Positions 51,671-63,994 of a stretch of DNA of 64,000 nucleotides are shown one piece after another (the stretch's first letter is position 1; each line of letters begins with the position of its first letter). The stretch lies in the NCBI GenBank assembly GCA_964491895.1, contig CAZBHK010000003.1, positions 6,723 to 70,722 on the forward strand. The letters are read 5' to 3'. Under the pieces are notes generated by a model that saw only the letters and a list, made by a program, of their open reading frames with translations, was not told where the DNA came from and did no database searches. The stretch comes from an uncultured Pseudomonadota bacterium. Lineage in GTDB: Bacteria > Babelota > Babeliae > Babelales > UBA12411. Made by a program: the position numbers and the translations under genes.

Positions 51671-52387
51671 ATGAAAAAGATTTTTAATATATTTTTAGTA
51701 ATAAGTTTTTTCTTTTTAACGTCTTTATATGCAATAATTGAAGAAATATCAACATTAGCAGTTTTAAAGGATCTGCAACCAGGTACAGTTGTTGCTCTTG
51801 ATTTGGATAATAATTTGGTAATGCCAAGCAATAATGAAGGTCTTGGTGGCGATGCATGGTGTTCTAAGATGATAGAGAAAGGTTATCCATTTTCTTCTGT
51901 ATTAGCTTTGTATTTTAAATTACAAGAATATGTTTCTCTTCAATTAATAGATCCAGCAGCAGTAGATATTATTGCAGACCTTAAGAAACAGGGGATTATT
52001 GTTATAGGACTTACTTCTCGTTCATCTAATATTGCACAAAGAACCTTGGATGAGCTTTCTAGATTAGGCATAGAATTTTCTAGTTTGGTGGTTGATTTTG
52101 CAGGTAAGTTAAATCAAAAAGCTTTTTTTGCTAAAGGGGTTGCTTTTTGTGAGCAGAATAGTAAAGGTGCAGTATTAGTAGAAATTTTGCAGCAAACAGG
52201 TATTCATCCAACTAATGTGGTAGCTATGGATGATAAGAAAAAGTATTTGGAGCAGATTGAAATAGCTTTGGGCACAAAAATACCATTTTGTGGATATAGA
52301 AATAGTGTTTTAGATAAGCATGTTGCTGAATTTGATATTGAAAGAGCAAATAGTCATTTATTAGAATTAGGGTTTAGTCTTTTATAG
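51671..52387 (+). CDS. DUF2608-like HAD-superfamily protein, secreted
   Basis: Signal peptide; DLDNNL, GLTSR, SKG, MDDK HAD motifs. Confidence 0.8.
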   Translation: MKKIFNIFLVISFFFLTSLYAIIEEISTLAVLKDLQPGTVVALDLDNNLVMPSNNEGLGGDAWCSKMIEKGYPFSSVLALYFKLQEYVSLQLIDPAAVDIIADLKKQGIIVIGLTSRSSNIAQRTLDELSRLGIEFSSLVVDFAGKLNQKAFFAKGVAFCEQNSKGAVLVEILQQTGIHPTNVVAMDDKKKYLEQIEIALGTKIPFCGYRNSVLDKHVAEFDIERANSHLLELGFSLL

Positions 52388-52396
52388 GAGATATTA

Positions 52397-53128
52397 ATGA
52401 AAATATTAAGGAGTTTAGTATTATTGTGTATGGTATCTACTGTACTAGCAGATATTAGAGAAGTTTTTGAATTTAAAGTATTAAAGAATTATATTGCAGA
52501 TAAAGATACTTTGATTGCACTAGATTTGGATAATACATTAATAGAACCAAAAGGCAATGATGGCCTTGGTGGAGAAGCCTGGATAACTGCAATGATGAAG
52601 GCTGGTAAAGTTAGAGAACAAATAAGTCCTCTTTTTGATAGTCTTCAAAATAAATTTATAAAACCTAAATTGGTTGAATCTTATATGGCTGACGAGATTA
52701 AATCTTTACAGAAAAAAGGTGTAAAAGTTATCGGTATTACTGGTCGCACAAAGTCAGTAGCAGATCAGACTGTTAAAAATCTAAAAAAACTAGGTATAAA
52801 GTTTTATAATTTAAAGGCTAGTGTTAATAATATATTTAAGTATCCATGTACTTTGAAAAAAGGAATTTTGTTTTGTGACCAAAACAGCAAAGGTGAAGTT
52901 TTGAAAGAGGTCCTGAAGCAGACAAAATATCCTTTAAGAATCATTGCTATGGATGATAAGAAGAAATATTTAGTAGAAATGGAAGAGGCTGTTGCCGAAA
53001 TTAACAAAACCATTAAAAATAAAATTGAATTCTTTGGATTGCATTATTTAAGGCTAAATAACCAAGTAGCAACCTTTGATCTTGAAAAAGCAAACAGCCA
53101 TCTTAAAAAATTTGGATTAAAAGCTTAG
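52397..53128 (+). CDS. DUF2608-like HAD-superfamily protein, tandem paralog
   Basis: DLDNTL, GLGGEAW, GITGR, QNSKG, MDDKKKYL shared with the neighbour. Confidence 0.8.
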   Translation: MKILRSLVLLCMVSTVLADIREVFEFKVLKNYIADKDTLIALDLDNTLIEPKGNDGLGGEAWITAMMKAGKVREQISPLFDSLQNKFIKPKLVESYMADEIKSLQKKGVKVIGITGRTKSVADQTVKNLKKLGIKFYNLKASVNNIFKYPCTLKKGILFCDQNSKGEVLKEVLKQTKYPLRIIAMDDKKKYLVEMEEAVAEINKTIKNKIEFFGLHYLRLNNQVATFDLEKANSHLKKFGLKA

Positions 53129-53697
53129 TTAAAGAACTTATTTAATCCATCCTTGGTTGGCATCATAGATTTTTCACCGATATTCCAGTTGGCAGGGCAT
53201 ACTTCACCATGTTTTTCATGATGTTGTAGTGCATCTATGAGTCGCAAGATTTCATTTATGTTTCTTCCAAGGCCTAAGTTATTAACTGAAGCATGTTGAA
53301 CTACATTATTTTGATCTAAAATAAATACTGCTCTAAACGCTACACCAGCTTCGTTTAGTACGTTATATTCTGTAGAAATTTTTTTATTAAGATCAGAGAT
53401 TAAGGTAAAGTTTATACCTTCGATACCACCTTTAGATTTTGGTGTATTTAGCCAGGCTAGGTGGCTATGAGCCGAGTCTACTGATATTCCGAATATTTCA
53501 GTATTCTTTTGTTTGAATTGATTTAAAGAGTTTTGTATTGCATGTAGTTCGGTAGGGCATACGAAAGTGAAGTCTAGAGGATAAAAAAATAATATTTTGT
53601 ATTGTTTCTTATAGTCATTTAAAGAAATAGTTTTGATTTCTTTGTTAATAACTGCATCGCATGAGAAATCTGGAGCTTTTTGTCCTATTCTAATCAT
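53125..53697 (-). CDS. ahpC: 2-Cys peroxiredoxin (AhpC/TSA)
   Basis: FYPLDFTFVCPTE and GEVCPANW. Confidence 0.94.
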   Translation of the reverse strand: MIRIGQKAPDFSCDAVINKEIKTISLNDYKKQYKILFFYPLDFTFVCPTELHAIQNSLNQFKQKNTEIFGISVDSAHSHLAWLNTPKSKGGIEGINFTLISDLNKKISTEYNVLNEAGVAFRAVFILDQNNVVQHASVNNLGLGRNINEILRLIDALQHHEKHGEVCPANWNIGEKSMMPTKDGLNKFFN

Positions 53698-53719
53698 ATT
53701 GTACCTTTATAGTTTTAAA

Positions 53720-55342
53720 TTATCTATTTTCTGAAATATAGATAATAGCGGTTTTTTCTGCAATGTTTTTAAAGATAGGTGCACTTACTTGTGATGCCCA
53801 AAGATGCGTAGCTTTGGGCTCTTTGATAAACGTAATGATTACTCGTTTGAAATCATCTTTTTCTATAATCCCACCGTATGAGTAAATATGTCTAGTTTTA
53901 GAATAATGACCATTTTCTGCTAGACGAGCTGTACCTGTTTTACCCATAACTCGATATCCAGGAATTTTATGTAATTCACCAATGGATTCTAAAATTACTT
54001 TTGCCTTATCCATAGTTTCTTTTTTATATAATTGTTTAGGTGCTTCTAATTTTGTTGATATAAGGAGAGTGGGTTTAATAAAGAATCCATCATTAGCAAT
54101 AGTTGAGAACGCTTGAGCTAGTTGCATGAGTGTAGCATTGATTTCATAACCAAATGATAGAACAAATGGTGAAGAATTAGACCATTTGTTAGGTGGTGTT
54201 ATAAACCCAGTGCGCTCTCCTGGGAATTCTATATTTGTTGGTTTAGTAAATCCAAGTTTAACAAAATGGTCGTATTGTTTACGTCCTAGCCGTTGTGCTA
54301 CTTTTGCCATTCCAATATTACTTGAGTTTTTTACTACATCAGCGAAGGGAATTTTTTCTGTATGTTTCCAGTTTTCTATTCTGAATTTATTTATGTAAGT
54401 TACTTTGCCTTCACAGTCAATAATTTCATCAGTAGTCGTTACCTTTTCATCTAATGCAGCTATAGCCGAGAAGATTTTAATTACAGATCCAAATTCATAG
54501 CATTCTGAGATGATATTATTTTTTAGTAAATTGATATTTTTTTCTTCATTGGGATTTGCATATGGATAATTAACCATTGCGAGTATATGTCCATTGGTTG
54601 GGTTCAATATTATTGCACAACCTGATTTGGCTTCAAATTTTTCAACAGCATTTTTAATTTCTTCATTAGCCAAAAATTGTAGTTTTGCATCAAGTGTTAG
54701 TTGAATAGGTTTTCCTTCTATTCCTTGCTTGATGATTTCTTGGTTAAAGTATAAACGGTCGTTTCTTGCATCCTTTTCTATTTTTAGTGTAGATGGTGAT
54801 CCACCTAGTTGCTCATTAAATTGAAGTTCAATGCCTGAGATTCCTATGTTGTCTATATCTGTTAAACCTATTATTTGACTAAACTCTTCAAATGGATAGA
54901 AACGTTGCGTTTCATTAATAAAGTGGATATCAGATATTTTATGTTTTTTTATAAATTTTTGCATTTCAGGAGTTATGTTCCTGTGCATCCAGATAAACTT
55001 TTTATCTGGATATTTTTTCATGTGTTGATATGTGTGATTAAAATGTTTTTTTAGAAATAGTAAGGTTATTTCAGAGTTGCTCATCTCATGTGGAAGTATA
55101 AATGCAGAAGTTATTTCTTTATTTATGGCTAATGGTTTGTTATTACGATCATAGATACAGGCTCTTGGCATGGTAAGATTAATTTGAGTAGAGTATTGTT
55201 TTTCTGCTATGTCTTTAAAGAAGTCTGTTTGATTTATTTGAATAATATAAAGTCTGATAGTGATTAATAAAAAAGAAACAATGAAAAATACTAATACTGT
55301 TGAAAGTTTAATTTTTGTTTTTCTATTTAGATATGTATGCAT
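53720..55342 (-). CDS. ftsI: Class B penicillin-binding protein (FtsI/PBP3-like)
   Basis: N-terminal TM, IYDRN, RFYP, SVIK, SSN, KTGT. Confidence 0.85.
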   Translation of the reverse strand: MHTYLNRKTKIKLSTVLVFFIVSFLLITIRLYIIQINQTDFFKDIAEKQYSTQINLTMPRACIYDRNNKPLAINKEITSAFILPHEMSNSEITLLFLKKHFNHTYQHMKKYPDKKFIWMHRNITPEMQKFIKKHKISDIHFINETQRFYPFEEFSQIIGLTDIDNIGISGIELQFNEQLGGSPSTLKIEKDARNDRLYFNQEIIKQGIEGKPIQLTLDAKLQFLANEEIKNAVEKFEAKSGCAIILNPTNGHILAMVNYPYANPNEEKNINLLKNNIISECYEFGSVIKIFSAIAALDEKVTTTDEIIDCEGKVTYINKFRIENWKHTEKIPFADVVKNSSNIGMAKVAQRLGRKQYDHFVKLGFTKPTNIEFPGERTGFITPPNKWSNSSPFVLSFGYEINATLMQLAQAFSTIANDGFFIKPTLLISTKLEAPKQLYKKETMDKAKVILESIGELHKIPGYRVMGKTGTARLAENGHYSKTRHIYSYGGIIEKDDFKRVIITFIKEPKATHLWASQVSAPIFKNIAEKTAIIYISENR

Positions 55343-55612
55343 TTATACCACATTTAATTTTTGAAAATGTTTAGTATTTAGAGGTACAAATCCAAAATCT
55401 GTTTGTGCTTTTGTAAGTAGATTATGTTTATTTTTTAAGGAATATAGAGTTTTTTCAAGCTGATTAATTTCTAAAGATACTAAGTTTTGTTTGGAGATTA
55501 GCTTTTGTTTTTTAAAAAGAGTGTTTGTAAAAAGATTATGTTGATATATTTTGACAAATACAAATAATAGATTTAGCCCTAGAAAAGCAAGCCAGAATCT
55601 TGTTTTATTCAT
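55343..55612 (-). CDS. FtsL-like cell division protein
   Basis: TM plus coiled coil ending KAQTDFGFVP, immediately upstream of ftsI. Confidence 0.6.
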   Translation of the reverse strand: MNKTRFWLAFLGLNLLFVFVKIYQHNLFTNTLFKKQKLISKQNLVSLEINQLEKTLYSLKNKHNLLTKAQTDFGFVPLNTKHFQKLNVV

Positions 55613-55713
55613 TACTTCCCCACATTTTTTATCATTATATTGATAATAGATGAATTTTTTCTAGTTATTTATAGAAAAGGGTATAGTTGATAATAAAAGG
55701 TATGATTTATAAT

Positions 55714-58254
55714 TTAGCTTCTACAGCATTTTTTATATTTTTTACCTGAACCACAAGGACATTGATCATTACGGCCAATTTTATCAGATTCTTTTTGTAC
55801 AGGTATGTGCTCATCTCCGGTTCTATGATTAGATTCGATCTCTTTAAGCTCTTGTTGCTTTTGTTCTTCTAGTTCTTCTATTGAGCTTTTTGAGAAATGT
55901 TCAGGCTTTAACCTAAAGACTCTTTGTAGGATATCCCATTTGATTTGCTTCATCATAGTTTCAAAAGCGTGGAAGGATTCACGTTTATACTCAATAATAG
56001 GATTTTTTTGTCCATATGCACGTAAGCCTATGCCTTCTTTAAGTTTATCTAGACTTAAGAGATTGATTTTCCAAGCTTCATCTATGGTTTGTAGGAGTAG
56101 CCATTTTTCAGTTTCGCCTACTATTTCTGAAGGAAGTTGTTTTCTAAATTGTTCATACTGATAACACAAAAGGTCTATTACCTGTTTTGTAAGTTCTGTA
56201 GTCTCTGTTGTTAAGTTTTGGAATACAGCTGGTTCTAGACCGGAAATAGTTTCAAGAGAATGTAATAATTCTTGTAGGTTTTCTGTAGAGCATTTTTTTT
56301 GTGGGCAATAGATAGCAACAAGATTATTGACTACATCTATAATAATTTCTTTAATTAATTCAAGAGTATGTTCTTCACCATCTAAGATTTCTCTACGATA
56401 GTCATATATTACTTTGCGTTGCTGATTTAAGACGTTGTCATATTCAATAAGATTTTTTCTTATTTCAAAATTTTGTTTTTCTACTTTTTCTTGGGCTTTT
56501 TCTATGGAACGTGAAATCATTTTATGTTCTATAGATTCGCCTTTTCCCATACCTATACGTATCATTATATTTTTTAGTCGATCACCAGTTGCTCCGCCAC
56601 CAAATATACGCATTAAGTCGTCGTCTAAAGATATATAGAATTTAGAGGATCCAGGATCTCCTTGTCTACCAGAACGTCCCCGTAGCTGATTATCTATACG
56701 TCTACTTTCATGTCGCTCTGTACCTATAATACGTAATCCACCAATTTGAACTACACCTTCACCAAGCTTAATGTCTGTTCCACGACCAGCCATGTTGGTT
56801 GCTATTGTGATCTTAGCTTTGTCTCCAGCTTCTTTTACAATATCGGCTTCGCGCTGATGTTGTTTTGCATTTAGGACATTGTGTGGAATGCCATTTTTGA
56901 TTAATAAAGAACTGAGATATTCAGATGTTTCTATGGCTATTGTACCAACAAGAACAGGCTGTTTTCTCTCATAACATGATTTTATGTCTTTTATAATAGC
57001 TTCAAATTTATCTTCTGTATCTAGGAAGACTGCATCAGGTTCATCGATCCTAGTTAGTGGTTTATGAGTAGGTATAGAAATTACTTCAAGTTTATAAATA
57101 TCATAAAATTCTTGAGATTCTGTTTGTGCTGTACCTGTCATACCAGATAATTTTTTATACATTCTGAAGTAGTTTTGTAATGTAATGGAAGCTAGGGTTT
57201 GGTTTTCTGCTTCTACTTTTACACCTTCCTTAGCTTCTATAGCTTGGTGTAGTCCATCACTATACCTTCTTCCAGATAGTATACGACCAGTAAACTCATC
57301 AACAATTAGAACCTCGCCATCCTTAACGACATAATCTACATCTTTTTTGAATAGAACATTAGCTTTTAGAGCTTGTGTAACATGATGTAATATTAAGATG
57401 TTGTCTGGTGCATATAAGTTTTTAACACCAAGGGTATGTTCTATTTTGTCTATTCCAGACTCTGTAAGTTGTGAAGTTTTTGATTTTTCATCAATTTCAA
57501 AATCAGTATCTTTTTTTAGAGGTAATATAGCACGGTTAGCTGCTTGATATAGATCACTTCCTTTATAAGAAGCTCCTGAAATAATAAGGGGAGTTCTTGC
57601 TTCGTCAATTAATATTGAGTCAACTTCGTCCACTATGGCAAAGTTCAAATCACGTTGTACATATTGACTAAGGTTAAATTTCATATTATCACGTAGATAA
57701 TCAAAGCCATACTCGTTATTGGTACCATATGTTATATCTGAGCCATAGGCCTTTTGACGATCTTCATCATTCATTTCATTTTGTAAAAGACCAACTTCTA
57801 GTCCAAGGTGATTATATATGGGTTTCATCCACTCAGAGTCACGTCTTGCTAAATAGTCATTCACTGTAATAAGATGAGCTCCTTTGCCAGTAAGTGCATT
57901 GAGATAGAGAGGAAGTGTTGCAACAAGAGTTTTACCTTCACCGGTTTTCATTTCGGCAATCTTACCTTCATGGAGCGCCATTCCTCCAATAAGCTGGACA
58001 TCAAAATGACGCATATTTAATTTTCGTCTTGATGTTTCTCTGACTACGGCGAATGCTTCAGGAAGTATGCTACCTATAGATTCTCCCTTAGCAATGCGTT
58101 CTCTAAATACATTGGTCTTTGCAGTAAGCTCAAGATCATCGAGTTTAATTATAGATTCTTCTAGGGCATTTATTTTATGAACAGTATTTTCTAAACGTTT
58201 AATTTCTCTGGTATTTTTAGTACCAAATATCTTTGATATAAGCTTGGTAATCAT
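55714..58254 (-). CDS. secA: Preprotein translocase SecA
   Basis: MKTGEGKT, DEVDSILIDEARTP, ATNMAGRGTDI, SEC-C motif CPCGSGKKYKKCC. Confidence 0.99.
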   Translation of the reverse strand: MITKLISKIFGTKNTREIKRLENTVHKINALEESIIKLDDLELTAKTNVFRERIAKGESIGSILPEAFAVVRETSRRKLNMRHFDVQLIGGMALHEGKIAEMKTGEGKTLVATLPLYLNALTGKGAHLITVNDYLARRDSEWMKPIYNHLGLEVGLLQNEMNDEDRQKAYGSDITYGTNNEYGFDYLRDNMKFNLSQYVQRDLNFAIVDEVDSILIDEARTPLIISGASYKGSDLYQAANRAILPLKKDTDFEIDEKSKTSQLTESGIDKIEHTLGVKNLYAPDNILILHHVTQALKANVLFKKDVDYVVKDGEVLIVDEFTGRILSGRRYSDGLHQAIEAKEGVKVEAENQTLASITLQNYFRMYKKLSGMTGTAQTESQEFYDIYKLEVISIPTHKPLTRIDEPDAVFLDTEDKFEAIIKDIKSCYERKQPVLVGTIAIETSEYLSSLLIKNGIPHNVLNAKQHQREADIVKEAGDKAKITIATNMAGRGTDIKLGEGVVQIGGLRIIGTERHESRRIDNQLRGRSGRQGDPGSSKFYISLDDDLMRIFGGGATGDRLKNIMIRIGMGKGESIEHKMISRSIEKAQEKVEKQNFEIRKNLIEYDNVLNQQRKVIYDYRREILDGEEHTLELIKEIIIDVVNNLVAIYCPQKKCSTENLQELLHSLETISGLEPAVFQNLTTETTELTKQVIDLLCYQYEQFRKQLPSEIVGETEKWLLLQTIDEAWKINLLSLDKLKEGIGLRAYGQKNPIIEYKRESFHAFETMMKQIKWDILQRVFRLKPEHFSKSSIEELEEQKQQELKEIESNHRTGDEHIPVQKESDKIGRNDQCPCGSGKKYKKCCRS

Positions 58255-58391
58255 ATTAATAATCCTTAAATTTTTTTTATATAAAGTATATTAGCATAAA
58301 TGAGTCTAAACGGTAAAGCTTATGAACTATGTTATCGTTTATGTATCAGTAGGTTCAGTTTTGCTAGTAGGAGGCTGTAATAAATTTATAG

Positions 58392-59420
58392 TTAATTTGA
58401 TTTTTTCTTAAACCAATTATCAATTAAATTTTTTTGTTTTGCGAATAGATTATAAGAGATTTGCCTTACAGTTTTAGTTCTTTTATCTGTAAAATTGAAC
58501 AGACAATTAGTTCCATCCTTTTGGATGTTTACTAGGCAGTCATTGGATGGTAAGTTTTTTTCATATAATAATATTGGTGTAAAGGCAGATATTGGTAATG
58601 GGTATATAGGAAATTCTTTTCTATAAAGAAGAGGTACTTGCCCTAGGAACCAGAGTTCTGCATGCGTTGGGTTTTCTTTATTGGAAATAATTTCGATTTC
58701 CTTAATCTTTGAGCTTAACAGTTCATTGTTTCTTTTTTTGAATGATCTTTTGGAAAAGAAATCTTGTGTTGAAAAAATATCAGCAATTTGAATAAGATCT
58801 TCACTTGAGTATATGTTCCATATGGATTTAAATATTTTTGAACAGGCATATTTTTTAGTTTCACTTTGAATTGGTGTTCCGAACATTACAAGCTTATCTA
58901 TGTAAAGATTTTTTTGTAATTTTTCTTCTGCTTGAGCAAGACTTAGACCAACATTGCCACCGTGGCTATGTGTTAGAAGAATAACTTCAACTTCACATTT
59001 TTTTACTTTTTTAATTTTTGCTATTTCTTCATAAAGGCTTTGATATAGCTTGAACGCTGATTCTGTTCTACTATGTTCACTGAGTTTCCCATCCCATCCA
59101 AAAGTATAGAAATAAAAGTTATTGGGGTGATTTGATAGTTCATTATTTGCCATTTTATACAGGGCACTAAAAAGAGCTGGGATGTTATTGGTTGTCTCAT
59201 CGACCGGGATTAGGCCTTTTTTATTAAGAGGTTGAAATGGAAAATATTTTAAAACATCTATATTTATAGGTTTTTTTTCTCTTATTGCGTCATAAAAAAG
59301 TGTTCCATGTATCCATACAACTAATGTTTGTTTTGGTTGGTATGACTTAGCAAAAATTAATGTTATGGCTAGTATAGAAATTAATAAGATATATAGTATA
59401 AATTTACCCTTATTAAGCAT
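58392..59420 (-). CDS. Exported alpha/beta-hydrolase (lipase-like)
   Basis: N-terminal TM/signal, VVWIHGT, THSHGG nucleophile elbow, D and H candidates; GAGGT RBS before ATG 59420. Confidence 0.7.
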   Translation of the reverse strand: MLNKGKFILYILLISILAITLIFAKSYQPKQTLVVWIHGTLFYDAIREKKPINIDVLKYFPFQPLNKKGLIPVDETTNNIPALFSALYKMANNELSNHPNNFYFYTFGWDGKLSEHSRTESAFKLYQSLYEEIAKIKKVKKCEVEVILLTHSHGGNVGLSLAQAEEKLQKNLYIDKLVMFGTPIQSETKKYACSKIFKSIWNIYSSEDLIQIADIFSTQDFFSKRSFKKRNNELLSSKIKEIEIISNKENPTHAELWFLGQVPLLYRKEFPIYPLPISAFTPILLYEKNLPSNDCLVNIQKDGTNCLFNFTDKRTKTVRQISYNLFAKQKNLIDNWFKKKSN

Positions 59421-59575
59421 GAGAACCTCATTTAGTTTTATTAACTTTATCAATTAACTAAAGAAATAGGAAATGCCTATTTTAATAATAGTTTCTTTAC
59501 AAAAAAAGTTGGTTAGAATAGCTTTAAATGAGAATAGCTTATTTTAGGGGAAAAACAGGCGTTTTGAGGCGTTAA

Positions 59576-60993
<1,418 letters not shown>

Positions 60994-60994
<1 letters not shown>

Positions 60995-61242
60995 TGGAAT
61001 GTTTTAAATTAGAAATTATAAGGCCAACAGAAACGAAGACTATATCTATTTTTTGGATAGATGTTGAGGGGATAACTGGAGATTTTGTTGTGGGTGCTGA
61101 TCATTATCCATTAGTTTCTATCTTAAAACCTAGGGGTTGCTTAACTTATAAAACAGAAGATAAACTTGAAGTTAAGCTAGATGTTTATTGGGGAATAATC
61201 ATTGTAGATCAGAATAAAGCTAAAGTAATTTTGGATAACTAA
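60994..61242 (+). CDS. atpC: ATP synthase epsilon subunit, N-terminal domain only
   Basis: LEIIRP..GDFVVGADHYPLVSIL; 82 aa; coupled to atpD. Confidence 0.8.
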
Positions 61243-61341
61243 GTTGAAAAATCTATAATTAACAGGTAGTATTATTGTTTTCCATAACTACTGATGTGGT
61301 TGTGGAATTGTTTATTTTTAAATGTTTGAGGAGTACAATTT

Positions 61342-62715
61342 ATGTTAGATAAGTTAAAGCGTTTACTTTTTGGCGAGATTTCGCATATAGAAATGAAAAA
61401 GTATATGCTTTTATCAATCACTTTCTTTTTTACAATTGGAGTATACTGGTTATTAAGACCTCTTAAAGATGGTATTTTTTTTACTATAGTTGGTCAAGAT
61501 TGGCAGCCTAGAGCAAAGCAGCTATCATTGGTTGTTGTTTTATTGTTAGTGTTTGCTTATGGTAAATTAGTTGACATGTTTAAAAAACATCACCTTTTTT
61601 ACTTTCTTGGAACATTTTATGGAGTTTTATTTTTATTTATAGCTTATTTTGTTAATCATCCAACTATAGGTGTTGCAAATATAGTTGATGTTGGTTCTCA
61701 TAGATGGATAGGCTGGTTATCTTATTTTGCTATAGAGAGCTTTGGTTCTTTGATGGTAGCACTTTTTTGGTCATTTGTTGCTAGTGTAGTAGATACTAGT
61801 TCAGCTAAAAGAGGATTTCCTATTATTATAGCAGGAGGTCAGATAGGTGGTCTCTTTGGTCCTTACTTAGCAATGAATGCTAAAGTAATTGGTGTTCCTG
61901 TATTATTTTTTATTGCTGCATTATATCCATTTTTAATGGTAGCAATGATTAAAGTTTTTATGACTGTTATACCAGTAAGTGAACAAGCTGGAACAAAGCA
62001 AGATATTATTGCGGATAAGAAACCAAAAACTGGTTTCTTGGAAGGCTTAAAGCTTCTTTTAACTCGTTCATATTTATTTTCTATATTTGTAATTGTAAGC
62101 TTATATGAAGTTATAGGTACAATTATTGATTATCAGATGAAAGTTCAAGCTAAAGCTTTACCAGAGTATTCAACACCTGCAGCTTTAACACAGTTCTTAG
62201 GGTTTTTTGGTTTGTGTACTAACGGCATAGCATTAGTTATGGCTTTATTAGGATCTTCATATTTAATGAGAAGATTTGGTTTAACATTCTGTTTACTTGC
62301 ATTTCCAATATCTATAACCGTTGTTATGTCTGGCTTGTATTATCAATCTTCAATACCAGGACTTTCTCCATATACACTTATGTGGACAACCTTTTTTGTT
62401 ATGATAGTAGCCAAAGGTTTAAGCTATGCATTGAATAATCCTGCTAAGGATATGATGTATATCCCAACAAGTAAGGATGCTAAGTTTAAAACTAAGAGTT
62501 GGATCGATGCATTTGGAAGTCGTTTTGCTAAGGCTGGTGGTTCTAGTATAACTGACAATGTACTTCTTCCTACCTTGAGATCATCTGGTATGGCAAGTTT
62601 TGTTGGTTTAGGTACATTACTTTCATTTGGTATGATTGGTGTATGGCTAGGAGCAGCATTGTTTGTTGGCAGAAAATTTGTCGTTCTTACAAAAGAAGGC
62701 AAGATAATAGAATAA
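61342..62715 (+). CDS. Nucleotide transporter (NTT/TLC ADP/ATP translocase family)
   Basis: Polytopic membrane protein with LRPLKD, ALFWSF, AKRGFP, YALNNPAKDMMYIP, K..IDAFGSR..KAGGS. Confidence 0.9.
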   Translation: MLDKLKRLLFGEISHIEMKKYMLLSITFFFTIGVYWLLRPLKDGIFFTIVGQDWQPRAKQLSLVVVLLLVFAYGKLVDMFKKHHLFYFLGTFYGVLFLFIAYFVNHPTIGVANIVDVGSHRWIGWLSYFAIESFGSLMVALFWSFVASVVDTSSAKRGFPIIIAGGQIGGLFGPYLAMNAKVIGVPVLFFIAALYPFLMVAMIKVFMTVIPVSEQAGTKQDIIADKKPKTGFLEGLKLLLTRSYLFSIFVIVSLYEVIGTIIDYQMKVQAKALPEYSTPAALTQFLGFFGLCTNGIALVMALLGSSYLMRRFGLTFCLLAFPISITVVMSGLYYQSSIPGLSPYTLMWTTFFVMIVAKGLSYALNNPAKDMMYIPTSKDAKFKTKSWIDAFGSRFAKAGGSSITDNVLLPTLRSSGMASFVGLGTLLSFGMIGVWLGAALFVGRKFVVLTKEGKIIE

Positions 62716-62736
62716 CTTTCTATTATAATTAAGTTT

Positions 62737-62764
62737 AAAGGCCCGTTAACTACGGGCCTTTTTT
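62737..62764. terminator. Bidirectional terminator
   Basis: AAAGGCCCGT-taact-ACGGGCCTTTTTT. Confidence 0.8.
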
Positions 62765-63800
62765 ATTCAATAATTCCTGAACCTAGGCAGATATTGTCAT
62801 TATAAAAAACAGCAAACTGTCCAGCTGCTATTCCCTGATCTTTGTGTTCTAATGTTACTTGTGCATAGTTATCAAATAATTCAAAAGAACATAGCTGAGG
62901 AATAGAACGATGTCTCATCTTTATAAGAAGATTTTTAATGGTAGGTGGATTGCCGTTGATCCAGTTGAAATTTTCAACCTTGAATGATTTTCGTTCTTCT
63001 TCTAGATGGTTATAGTTATTTGATATGTACACAATATTTTTTTCTGAATTTTTAGAGACTACATACCACGGGCCATTTGCAAGGCGTATATTTTTTCTTT
63101 GGCCTATAGTGTAGAACCAGTGACCATTATGTATCCCAACCTTTTTATTATTATCGAAATTTATCAGGTTGCCTTTTGATTCACCTAGGTGGTGTTGTAA
63201 AAAGTCTTTGAATTTGAATTTACCTAAGAAGCAGATACCTTGTGAATCTTTTCTATTTTTTGTTGGTAGATTAAATTTTTGTGCAAGTTGTCTTACTTCT
63301 TCTTTAATAAGATGACCTATAGGAAAAAGAATTTTAGATAGCTGTTTTTTGGTTAGATTGCATAAGAAGTAGGATTGATCTTTGATAGGGTCAGGAGAGC
63401 GTACTAGATTATTATTAATAATTTGAGCATAGTGCCCTGAGGCGACTTTTTCAAATGAGTTATCAATAGCATCTATGAAAAATCCGAATTTTATGTATTG
63501 GTTGCATAAAATATCAGGGTTAGGGGTAAGCCCTTTTTTTGTTTCATTTATGGTGTAAGTTACGATTTTTTTGTGATATTCATCTTGCATGTTCAGAACC
63601 TTTAATGGAACATCAAGTGTTGTACAAACTTGTTGTGCGTATTGGAGGTCTTCTTCCCATGGACAGGCGTTGAGATGAGATAGTTCATCTTCTAGCCAAA
63701 TTTTTAGATAAAATGCCGTAACATCATGGCCTTGATCCTTGAGTATCTTGAGAGCGACAGAACTATCTACGCCACCGGATAAGAGCATTGCTATTTTCAT
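62763..63800 (-). CDS. mnmA: tRNA 2-thiouridylase
   Basis: SGGVDS, TPNPDILCN, KDQSYF, DSQGICF, YTIGQR, AGQFAVFY. Confidence 0.96.
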   Translation of the reverse strand: MKIAMLLSGGVDSSVALKILKDQGHDVTAFYLKIWLEDELSHLNACPWEEDLQYAQQVCTTLDVPLKVLNMQDEYHKKIVTYTINETKKGLTPNPDILCNQYIKFGFFIDAIDNSFEKVASGHYAQIINNNLVRSPDPIKDQSYFLCNLTKKQLSKILFPIGHLIKEEVRQLAQKFNLPTKNRKDSQGICFLGKFKFKDFLQHHLGESKGNLINFDNNKKVGIHNGHWFYTIGQRKNIRLANGPWYVVSKNSEKNIVYISNNYNHLEEERKSFKVENFNWINGNPPTIKNLLIKMRHRSIPQLCSFELFDNYAQVTLEHKDQGIAAGQFAVFYNDNICLGSGIIE

Positions 63801-63872
63801 AAAATTGTTCCCCAAAAGAGTAATGAATAAATGATAACAGTTAGAAAATTTTATGCCAATGGGAGTTTTGGA

Positions 63873-63900
63873 TTGACAACTTCATCAAATAGCCTATTCT
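63873..63900 (+). promoter_or_regulatory. Promoter of the tRNA gene
   Basis: TTGACA-N16-TATTCT. Confidence 0.6.
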
Positions 63901-63917
63901 TAAATTATAAATTACGT

Positions 63918-63994
<77 letters not shown>

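Noticed and set aside
51300-53128. Integrated element at ssrA
   Set aside because: No integrase and no duplicated ssrA 3' end seen in the window.
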